This document shows, piece after piece, positions 36,820-44,684 of a stretch of DNA of 63,352 nucleotides. The translations under genes and the position numbers were made by a program. The DNA is from Nanobdellota archaeon (lineage in GTDB: Archaea; Nanobdellota; Nanobdellia; Woesearchaeales; GCA-2686295). The notes below the pieces were generated by a model. It was not told the DNA's origin. It made no database searches and was given only the letters and a program-made list of their open reading frames with translations. The stretch is taken from contig JAHIUF010000031.1 of NCBI GenBank assembly GCA_018817005.1, positions 1-63,352 of the forward strand, written 5' to 3'. Position 1 is the first letter of the stretch, and each line of letters starts with the position of its first letter.

Positions 36820-37686
36820 TTAGGTATTCATATCTTTTAAAATATTACAAGCTCTGCACATTTTGTTGCTTGCAGGCTCTCCACATTTTTCACATGAATT
36901 GATTTCTTCAAATTCTATTTCTTTTTTTAGTGGCAAAATTAGTCTTTCGTGAAATCTTAACAAATTATATTTTACTGCAGGATGATTTTTTTCAAAGTCG
37001 TCAAGAATTTTTCGATAGGTTCGTCTATATGCTTCTTTTGATAAAGGACAAATACCATAATAAACTGTAAATTTCATTATTTTTGAATATCTCTTAACTT
37101 CTTCTTCGGAAATCCAATACAATGGTTTTACTCTCTTAACAAATTTTGAAGAATTGGAACTTCCAGATATTGGTCCTTGACTTTTTGCAAGTTTTGTATC
37201 ATTTCTAAAAATATTCATCATAAAGGCTTGTGCTTCATCGTCGAGATTATGACCTGTTACGACAGCATTAAATTTTTTCTTTTTTGCATATTTATTCAAT
37301 AAATATCTCTTTAAAATACCACAAATCATGCAAGAGGAGTTATTATGGCCTTTTTCTTTTAATTTATCCTGTATTTCTTTAAGAGTCATTCCAAATTCTT
37401 TTTTGAAAGAGAGAATTGTTAGTTTTATGTTGTTTTTTTTACATACAGTTTTTAGATTTTTAATATTTTGGTCTGTGTATTCTCCAATGCTCGGATCAAG
37501 GTTAATGCCTTCAACATCATATCCTAATTTTTTCAGTATATAAAGACAAACTGTTGAGTCTTTACCACCTGAAACTGCTACTGCAATTTTGTCTGTCTTT
37601 GAAAGCATTAAATATTTTTTTATAGTTTCACGTACTTTTTTTTCAACATATTCTTTCAATTTTTTGTTAGGTATTTCTTGTGTCAT
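36820..37686 (-). CDS. PP-loop ATPase, TtuA/NcsA-like tRNA 2-thiolation enzyme
   Basis: SGGKDS PP-loop, GHNLDDEAQ, and a C-terminal CEKCGEP...CRAC zinc finger. Confidence 0.7.
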   Translation of the reverse strand: MTQEIPNKKLKEYVEKKVRETIKKYLMLSKTDKIAVAVSGGKDSTVCLYILKKLGYDVEGINLDPSIGEYTDQNIKNLKTVCKKNNIKLTILSFKKEFGMTLKEIQDKLKEKGHNNSSCMICGILKRYLLNKYAKKKKFNAVVTGHNLDDEAQAFMMNIFRNDTKLAKSQGPISGSSNSSKFVKRVKPLYWISEEEVKRYSKIMKFTVYYGICPLSKEAYRRTYRKILDDFEKNHPAVKYNLLRFHERLILPLKKEIEFEEINSCEKCGEPASNKMCRACNILKDMNT

Positions 37687-37722
37687 AATTTATAGTGCTT
37701 TTATAGTTTTTTAAAACTTCAT

Positions 37723-39075
37723 TTAGAGTTCATTTAGAACACTTAAAAGTAAATCTTCTTTAAATGCAGGAGCCATTACTTGTAAACCAACAGGTGTTTT
37801 GTCTATTTCTCCTGCTGGTACAACCCCTGCACAGATGCCTGCAAGGTTTGCCGGAATTGTGAATGCATCATATGCATACATATCTTCAACACTTATTTTT
37901 TCACCAATTTTATGGGGTAGTCGTGGTGTTACTGGACTGATTATAATATCTACTTTCTTAAATGCTTCTTCTAAATCCTTTGCAATTTCTTTTTTGGTTG
38001 CAAGAGCTTTTCGATAGTATTGACCGCCATATTCTGCTCTGGAAATTTCCTTTCCGCCAAGTATTCTTCTCAAGACTTCTTCCCCACAGGTTTCTTCTAT
38101 TTTTTTACCAAATCTTCGTCCGTCAAATTTCCTTGTTCCAGAAAAGAATTCTACATAAACAAGAGGGTAGTACGTTTGCACTGCGAGTTTTACATGTTTT
38201 AAGTTTATATTAATAATTTGAGATGCTGTTTTTTTTATTAATTCAGCGGTTTTTTCCATTACTAATTTGTAGATTCTTTTATCTGTGCATAATGCTTCAA
38301 AATCTTTGCTAATGCCTATTCTGAAATGTTTTTCTGATTTTAGATTTGAATAATTTTTAATGGGTTCATCATACGTTGTTGGGTCTTTTTCTGATTTGCC
38401 TGCTATTACTTCAATCATTAATGCCGCCCCAAACACATCTTTACATAGTGAACCTATTTGATCCAGGCTCATGGATAAATCTACAAGACCATATCTTGAT
38501 ACTCGACCATAGCTTGGTTTTATTCCTATAATTCCGCAATGTGATGCTGGGTTTCTTATGCTTCCACCGGTGTCCGTTCCAAGAGCTATATCACAAAAAT
38601 CTGCTGCAACTGCTGCTGCACTACCGCTACTTGAGCCTCCTGGTATTCTTCCGAGTGCTTTTGGGTTTTGCGTTGCACCATATGCGCTTGTTTCACCGCT
38701 GCTTCCTGATGCAAATTCATCCATATTCGTAAGTCCTATTATTATTCCATCTTCTGCTTTTATTTTTCTTACAACATCTGCATCGAATGTTCCCTTATAA
38801 TTTTCTAGTGTTTTTGAAGCACAGGTTATTGGCATTCCACAAACGCTGATGCATGATTTTACAGCTATTGCAAGCCCTGCTAATTTTCCGACTTTCTTTT
38901 TTTCTTTAATTTTTTTATCTATTTCTTTTGCTTGTTTTAATGCTTCTTTTTTTGCAACATATAGAAATGAGTTAATTTTCTTGTCTTCTTGTTTTATTTT
39001 TTTTAGAAATTCTTGTATATTTCTTTCTGCAGTAAATTTTCCAGATTTTATTTGAGCTAGTTTTTCTTTTATCAT
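37723..39075 (-). CDS. gatA: Asp/Glu-tRNA amidotransferase subunit A
   Basis: Amidase signature GGSSSGSAAAVAA with catalytic Ser context GTDTGGSIRNPAS. Start could instead be the GTG at 39099, overlapping gatC. Confidence 0.9.
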   Translation of the reverse strand: MIKEKLAQIKSGKFTAERNIQEFLKKIKQEDKKINSFLYVAKKEALKQAKEIDKKIKEKKKVGKLAGLAIAVKSCISVCGMPITCASKTLENYKGTFDADVVRKIKAEDGIIIGLTNMDEFASGSSGETSAYGATQNPKALGRIPGGSSSGSAAAVAADFCDIALGTDTGGSIRNPASHCGIIGIKPSYGRVSRYGLVDLSMSLDQIGSLCKDVFGAALMIEVIAGKSEKDPTTYDEPIKNYSNLKSEKHFRIGISKDFEALCTDKRIYKLVMEKTAELIKKTASQIININLKHVKLAVQTYYPLVYVEFFSGTRKFDGRRFGKKIEETCGEEVLRRILGGKEISRAEYGGQYYRKALATKKEIAKDLEEAFKKVDIIISPVTPRLPHKIGEKISVEDMYAYDAFTIPANLAGICAGVVPAGEIDKTPVGLQVMAPAFKEDLLLSVLNEL

Positions 39076-39092
39076 TATTTTTATTTCTTTTT

Positions 39093-39320
39093 TTACCACT
39101 TCTTTTTTTCTGCGACTATAAAATCATCTTTTACGTTGGGTGCATTTTCAAGCATTCGTTCTCGGAATTTCTCATCGGAATCATCTGTGAATTTCTTTCT
39201 TGTTTCTTGTTTTCTCTTTATTCCAAAGTCTTTTGAAAGTGTTATTTTATCTAATTCTTTTATGAATTCATCCATGATTTTTTTTGCTTCTTTTCTTATT
39301 TTTTCTTGATTCATTTTCAT
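39093..39320 (-). CDS. gatC: Asp/Glu-tRNA amidotransferase subunit C (short form)
   Basis: 75-aa protein between gatB and gatA, with the C-terminal ENAPNVKDDFIVAE resembling the GatC tail. Confidence 0.6.
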   Translation of the reverse strand: MKMNQEKIRKEAKKIMDEFIKELDKITLSKDFGIKRKQETRKKFTDDSDEKFRERMLENAPNVKDDFIVAEKKKW

Positions 39321-39353
39321 TGATTTATTATGTTAAATAGTTCTTTTAATTCT

Positions 39354-40718
39354 TTATTTAATTAATTTCTTTATTATTGAATTAACTTTATTAGGATCTG
39401 CTTTTCCTTGAGTCTTAGCCATAACAAAACCAATAATTGAGTTTATAGCTTTTTCATTACCAGACTTAAAATCTAAAACTGCTTCTTTCTTTGCCAAAAT
39501 CGCTTCCTTACAAAAAGACTCAAGTTCATCCATGTCTGATAATGACTCAAGTCCTTGTTCTTCAATATACTGTTTAATATTCAAATTTTCTTTTAAGAGC
39601 TTTGGAAGTAATTCTTTTAAAACAACAGGCGAAGCTTTTTTGTCTTGTAAAAGTTCAAACCAATCAACAAGATTAGACACGTCAACTTTCAAATCATCGT
39701 AATCCATCCCTAAGTTATTTATTGCGGCAATAACATCCCTTCTAAACCATTTACTGGCAAAAACAGGGTTTATTTTTTTTACTACCTCTTCAAAAAGCTC
39801 TGCTAAAACTATTTCGGAGCTGATTGTTTTTGCATCAGTTTTGTCAACACCCATTTTTTTGTAGCGCATAAATTTTTCAGAGGGTTTTTCAGGAATCATT
39901 AATGCAATTTTTTTCACAAGCAATGGGTCGATGTTAATTACTGGTAAGTCCGGTTCAGGTATAAACATGTAATCTTGAGCAGATTCTTTTGATCTCATAA
40001 ACAAGGTTTCACCAATAGAGTCGTCCCACGCTCTTGTTTGCTGAAAATTGTTCTTCTCTTTTTTCTGCCTTTCAACCTCAAAATTTATTGCTTTCAGAAT
40101 ACTTGAAATAGAGTTAACATTTTTTACTTCAGTTCTTATGAAGTTTGGTGCAATTGAAACGTTAACATCGCATTTTATGCCTGCAGTTTTGTCAACAGCT
40201 CTAATATATGAAAGGGTTGTCAATAATGTTTTAAGCCAAGTTTGAACTTCACTAGTTGATTTAAAATCAGGTTTTGTAACTATTTCTACAAGTGGAAAGC
40301 CTGAACGGTTATAATCAACTTTTCCTGAGATTGGATCCCATCTCGCAGGGTCTTCTTCCAGGTGTATTTCTTCTATTCCAATTCCTAAAAATTCCCCGTT
40401 AAGTCCAACAGGCATTCCAAAGCTTCCGCTCATAGTTCTTTGATATCCTGACGGTAAGTCCGGCCAAGAATAATGTTTTCTTTGAAATATCAGCAAATTA
40501 TTTATTTTACATCCAAGCATCAGACCAATAGATATTATTTTTTCTACTGCATCATTGTTTGGAAGCATTGGTTTTGAACCTGGTTGTGAAGTGCAAGTAG
40601 GACAAATGTTCGTGTTTGGTTTAGCATTAGAGTCTATTTTACAATTACAAAAAAGTTTTCTTTTATTCTCCATATTGAGATAGCCATGTATCTCAAGACC
40701 TATTTTTACATCCCCCAT
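39354..40718 (-). CDS. gatB: Asp/Glu-tRNA amidotransferase subunit B
   Basis: KIGLEIHGYLN...KLFCNC N-terminus, conserved cradle domain, and a YqeY-like C-terminal tail. Confidence 0.9.
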   Translation of the reverse strand: MGDVKIGLEIHGYLNMENKRKLFCNCKIDSNAKPNTNICPTCTSQPGSKPMLPNNDAVEKIISIGLMLGCKINNLLIFQRKHYSWPDLPSGYQRTMSGSFGMPVGLNGEFLGIGIEEIHLEEDPARWDPISGKVDYNRSGFPLVEIVTKPDFKSTSEVQTWLKTLLTTLSYIRAVDKTAGIKCDVNVSIAPNFIRTEVKNVNSISSILKAINFEVERQKKEKNNFQQTRAWDDSIGETLFMRSKESAQDYMFIPEPDLPVINIDPLLVKKIALMIPEKPSEKFMRYKKMGVDKTDAKTISSEIVLAELFEEVVKKINPVFASKWFRRDVIAAINNLGMDYDDLKVDVSNLVDWFELLQDKKASPVVLKELLPKLLKENLNIKQYIEEQGLESLSDMDELESFCKEAILAKKEAVLDFKSGNEKAINSIIGFVMAKTQGKADPNKVNSIIKKLIK

Positions 40719-40951
40719 AAAAATTAAGAGAAGAATATTATTTATATAATTTGCTGAAAATCAAGAACTCCGCCCTAAACAAATAGAAATCAAAGATTTC
40801 TGTTGTGTTCATAAATTTATTATTCCACACAAAGAAAAAGAGCAGGCTATAGATTTTGTCAGAGAACTAATGAAACATCAAACGTACCAACAATTCAAAC
40901 AAACATTAAAAGAAATTGATTATTCTATAAAAACAAGAAACACCAAGATTT

Positions 40952-41578
40952 TTATATGAGCTCAACACGACAATCAGCTTGTTCTTTGAATTTCTCAGCA
41001 TCACTCTTTGTTCCTACAACAGAACCATAATGCATGGGTATTGCAAGTTTTGGATTAATCAATTTTACTGCTTGAACAGCTTCCTCTGCAGTCATAACAT
41101 ATGTTCCTGAAACTGGTAAAAGAGCAACATCGATATTTTTTAAAGACGACATTTCAGGTATTAAATCAGTATCACCCGCATGATATATCCTTACACCATC
41201 AATAGTTAAAACAACACCAATCCATTCATTTTCTTTTGGATGAAAAGATTTATTCAAGTTATATGCAGGAACTGCTTCAATACGCAAACCAAAAAGTTCA
41301 ACAATATCTCCTGGACGTACAAGAGTTACACTTCTAGCTTCAACTCCAGAAAGCTTACTTTGACAATCAGGAACTGTAACTATAATAGTTTTATCCCCTG
41401 AGATTTTCTTCACATCTGAAACACTGCAATGATCAAAATGATTATGAGTTATAATCACTAAATCTGCTTTTTCAAAATCCCCAAATAACTTATAAGGATC
41501 AACATAAACAATCTTTGTTCCTGTTATCTTAAAACTTGCATGACTTAAACGTTCAATCGAAATGTTCTCATATCTCAT
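40952..41578 (-). CDS. Metallo-beta-lactamase-fold hydrolase (UPF0173-like)
   Basis: ITHNHFDHCS (HxHxDH) and a downstream HAGD motif. ~208 aa. Confidence 0.8.
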   Translation of the reverse strand: MRYENISIERLSHASFKITGTKIVYVDPYKLFGDFEKADLVIITHNHFDHCSVSDVKKISGDKTIIVTVPDCQSKLSGVEARSVTLVRPGDIVELFGLRIEAVPAYNLNKSFHPKENEWIGVVLTIDGVRIYHAGDTDLIPEMSSLKNIDVALLPVSGTYVMTAEEAVQAVKLINPKLAIPMHYGSVVGTKSDAEKFKEQADCRVELI

Positions 41579-41648
41579 TTTGGCACCTCAAGATTTAAAA
41601 AAAACGAAGTTCTTTTTAAATGTTTCTCAGAGAGAAAAAATCAAAACA

Positions 41649-41656
41649 TTTATATA
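41649..41656 (+). promoter_or_regulatory. TATA box (TTTATATA) for the three-paralogue membrane gene array
   Basis: Centre lies ~27 nt upstream of the ATG at 41680. Confidence 0.5.
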
Positions 41657-41679
41657 TTCTTATGTCAACAATTAACTAG

Positions 41680-42240
41680 ATGGCAGAATCTGTTTTTAGA
41701 GGAACGATTGAATTTCTAAATGAAATAGGTATTTACGACGTAGTATTGCCCTTTCTTTTAGTCTTCACAATAGTTTTTGCCATACTTGAAAAAACCAAAG
41801 TTTATGGAGTTGAAGAAGTAGAAGGAAAAAAATATACTAAAAAGAATCTTAATGCAATGACTGCATTCGTAGTTTCTTTTTTTGTAGTTGCATCATCAAA
41901 GCTTGTAGAAGTTATTTTAAAGGTTTCATCGCAAGTTGTTGTACTGCTTCTTTTAAGCATATTATTCTTGATGCTTGCAGGATCATTCCATAAAGATGAG
42001 GAATTCTACTTACAAAAAGGTTGGAACACATTTTTCATGGTTCTTATGTTTATTGGAATAGTATTTATTTTTTTAAACGCACTCGGATGGCTTGATACTG
42101 CATATGAATTTTTAAGCGGTCGATGGGATACTAATGCAGTCTCAGCAATAATATTACTGGCTGTTGTCGTAGGATTCATGTTTTATGTCACAAGAGATTC
42201 AAACAGCGGCAAAAAGAAAAAAGAAACTAAGGAGGATTGA
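41680..42240 (+). CDS. Membrane protein, paralogue 1 of a tandem triplet (unknown family)
   Basis: Shared N-terminal block GIYDVVLPFLLVFTIVFAILEKTK, then 3-4 further TM segments and a Lys-rich tail. Confidence 0.6.
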   Translation: MAESVFRGTIEFLNEIGIYDVVLPFLLVFTIVFAILEKTKVYGVEEVEGKKYTKKNLNAMTAFVVSFFVVASSKLVEVILKVSSQVVVLLLLSILFLMLAGSFHKDEEFYLQKGWNTFFMVLMFIGIVFIFLNALGWLDTAYEFLSGRWDTNAVSAIILLAVVVGFMFYVTRDSNSGKKKKETKED

Positions 42241-42246
42241 TTTAAA

Positions 42247-42849
42247 ATGGCTACTTTACAAAATTACTTAATAACTTTAGAATATTGGGGCATCATGGAT
42301 GTAATTCTACCATTCATACTAATATTCACAATTATTTTTGCGGTTTTGCAAAAAACAAAGATTCTTGGTGATGGAAAAAAGAATTTTAACGTTGTAATAG
42401 CGCTGGTTATGGGTCTCGCAGTAGTAATACCTCATATCACAGGTGATTATTATGGTCTATACAGTAAAACTGGGTTTGATGTGGTGGAAGTTATAAATTC
42501 TGCTCTTCCAAACATATCGTTAGTTGCAGTGGCAATAATAATGTTAATGCTAATTATTGGCGTGTTTGGTGGAGAGGTACAAATTGCTGGAACATCACTT
42601 GCAGGATGGGCGGTATTATTTTCAATAGTCGCGGTTGCATTAATTTTTGGAACTGCAGGCGGTATTTTCAGAAATATCCCACCATGGTTATCATTTATAA
42701 GAAATCCAGAAACACAAGCACTGGTTGTTGTAATACTGGTCTTCGGAATACTTATATGGATGATAACAAAAGAGGATAAAGCAGAAAGCAAAGGATTCGG
42801 CAATGTCATGAAAGACTTGGGATCTGTGCTTAAAGGCAAAAAATCATAA
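42247..42849 (+). CDS. Membrane protein, paralogue 2
   Basis: GIMDVILPFILIFTIIFAVLQKTK block. GGAGG lies upstream of the ATG. Confidence 0.6.
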   Translation: MATLQNYLITLEYWGIMDVILPFILIFTIIFAVLQKTKILGDGKKNFNVVIALVMGLAVVIPHITGDYYGLYSKTGFDVVEVINSALPNISLVAVAIIMLMLIIGVFGGEVQIAGTSLAGWAVLFSIVAVALIFGTAGGIFRNIPPWLSFIRNPETQALVVVILVFGILIWMITKEDKAESKGFGNVMKDLGSVLKGKKS

Positions 42850-42866
42850 AAGAAAAAAAATAGAAC

Positions 42867-43436
42867 ATGGCAACATTCCTTGATGTAGGTATATTAGAAC
42901 ACTTTTCAGTAATTTTTATTTTCTTGTTAATTTTTGCTATAACTTACGCAGTTCTTACTTTTTCAAATCCCTTTGGAAAAGAAGCAAAAGGTCTTTATGC
43001 AATAATTGCTTTAGCCATTAGTTTCTTAGTTGTAAGATACAAACCCGCAATTCTTATGATTAACTTCATGACTCCTTGGTTCTTGGTTGCATTTTTATTC
43101 ATTTTTTTCATGCTGGTTATAATTGGCATGTTTGGCGGAGGTCAATTAAATCTTATAAAGCTTGTGAGTGATCCGCAAGTCTATATCTGGATAATTATTA
43201 TATCTGTAATAATACTTGTATTCGGATTATCACACACAATGGGTCAAACCCTTCTTGAAAGAGGGCCTGGAAATGAAACAGTATCTGGACAGATTGAAGC
43301 TGGAGGTTCCACTCAAACTTCAAGTTTTTCGCAAAATGTAGTTAACACTTTGTTTCACCCAAAAATTCTTGGAACACTTTTAATTTTTATGGTTGGTCTT
43401 TTCACGATAATTTTCTTAACTAAAATGCCAAAGTAA
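42867..43436 (+). CDS. Membrane protein, paralogue 3 (most divergent)
   Basis: GILEHFSVIFIFLLIFAITYAVL block with the same length class and TM layout. Confidence 0.55.
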   Translation: MATFLDVGILEHFSVIFIFLLIFAITYAVLTFSNPFGKEAKGLYAIIALAISFLVVRYKPAILMINFMTPWFLVAFLFIFFMLVIIGMFGGGQLNLIKLVSDPQVYIWIIIISVIILVFGLSHTMGQTLLERGPGNETVSGQIEAGGSTQTSSFSQNVVNTLFHPKILGTLLIFMVGLFTIIFLTKMPK

Positions 43437-43462
43437 GAAAATAGAAAATTGTCTAAAAAAAA

Positions 43463-44116
43463 TTATTTTTTGTTTTTCATAACTTCTGTTATTCGAGAAA
43501 GATCATTAACATTATCAATAAAAACCGGTAAGACCTTAGAAAAAACTTTTTCCATGGCTTTTACTTCTGCACCAACATTGAGAATATTCTTATCATAATC
43601 ACCAATTTTACCAATTATTGCTTTGTGTAACTTATCAAAATTATCTTTTAAATCTTGAAATTGTTGCTCCATATTAGAAATCTTGGTTTCAGTTTTATTT
43701 TTCCAATCAATAACTTTTTTTATATCTTTTACAAGCTCATTCCATTTCTCTTCAATTATCGATTCTACAAGTTCTTCTGTTTGAATTGCTGATTGAGAAT
43801 TGAATTGTACTAGTGCTTCTTGAGGTGCAAAGTTTGGTTGTTGAGGGGGAAAATCATAATTCTGGTTTTGAATCTCTGGTTGATCAGAATAATGACTTAT
43901 ATCGCTTTGTGGATAATCATCTTCTTCATGAGTTGTTGGGGGCAGTTCAATCCTGTTTATGGCTTCAAATATTTGTTCAGAAGTGTAACCTGACCTTTGA
44001 AGAGTTTGAATTATTTGATTATTATCAAGTCCTTGTGCTTTCATTGATGAAACTTGATCAACAGGAATGTTATCTGTTTGAGTTTCTGGTGGTGGGTTTT
44101 TTCCAAAAAGTGGCAT
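43463..44116 (-). CDS. Coiled-coil protein with a small helical N-domain and a Q/P-rich linker
   Basis: N-terminal VDQVSSMKAQGLDNNQIIQTLQRSGYTSEQIFEAI, a low-complexity PQ-rich middle, and a heptad-rich C-terminal ~110 aa. Confidence 0.5.
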   Translation of the reverse strand: MPLFGKNPPPETQTDNIPVDQVSSMKAQGLDNNQIIQTLQRSGYTSEQIFEAINRIELPPTTHEEDDYPQSDISHYSDQPEIQNQNYDFPPQQPNFAPQEALVQFNSQSAIQTEELVESIIEEKWNELVKDIKKVIDWKNKTETKISNMEQQFQDLKDNFDKLHKAIIGKIGDYDKNILNVGAEVKAMEKVFSKVLPVFIDNVNDLSRITEVMKNKK

Positions 44117-44169
44117 TTTTAATCACGTAACTTTAAAAACTATACTACAAGGTATATAAATTTTTTTAT

Positions 44170-44598
44170 TTATTTATTAGTGTCAAATTTGTCTTGCTTG
44201 ATAAACCTTTCGAATTCATCTTTTGTAACAAAATTCATTGGTTGCCATAAATCAAGATATTTTTCAAGAACCTTAAAATCTGTTACTTTTACAACTTTTT
44301 CAAGTTCTACATACATCTGACTAATTTTTTGTAATAATTCAGCTAGTTGCTTTTTTAAGTCAAACATTTCTTGATTTATGAGTTTTAACTCATCATGAAT
44401 ATTTTTTTCAAAGTCTAAAAAGTTTTTATCAGACATTTGGGTTTTATTTCTAAGATTGCCATATCTGTCCTCAATAACTCTTAAACGAGAACCAACTTCA
44501 GTTATATTCTTTGAAATAGAATCAAGTTTGGGATTATCTTTTGGATTCGCTTTTTTTGTAGCAGAAAGATTATTGTTTTGTGGGGAGTCGTATTGCAT
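44170..44598 (-). CDS. Coiled-coil protein
   Basis: Heptad-rich throughout. ATG at 44598 (MQYDSPQ) is preferred over the TTG at 44610. Divergent from the ATPase gene. Confidence 0.5.
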   Translation of the reverse strand: MQYDSPQNNNLSATKKANPKDNPKLDSISKNITEVGSRLRVIEDRYGNLRNKTQMSDKNFLDFEKNIHDELKLINQEMFDLKKQLAELLQKISQMYVELEKVVKVTDFKVLEKYLDLWQPMNFVTKDEFERFIKQDKFDTNK

Positions 44599-44684
44599 TT
44601 TTAATAACAAAATTTATAAAGGTTTTATGCTGTTTTATTATAAGAAACAAGCTACATATAAATTTTTCGAACGGAGGTGGGTTT

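Noticed and set aside
243-40801. Similar short A/T palindromes of the form AAA(A)TC-loop-GATTT(T) at 304-323, 8491-8505, 8545-8559 and 40785-40801, considered as a dispersed mobile element or MITE.
   Set aside because: The shared core is only ~6-11 nt in a very AT-rich genome. There are no flanking terminal repeats or target duplications, so chance or generic terminator function is more likely.
42450-42839. 129-aa minus-strand ORF inside membrane paralogue 2. Similar antisense ORFs lie at 21584-22000, 33663-33980, 20670-21050 and 43813-44130.
   Set aside because: All lie antisense to ORFs with clear motifs or paralogue support, and they lack promoter or RBS context.
41680-43436. Whether the conserved G-I-x-(D/E)-hydrophobic N-termini of the three membrane paralogues are prepilin cleavage sites.
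   Set aside because: The residues before the Gly are acidic or neutral rather than basic, and each protein has several further TM segments, unlike pilins.
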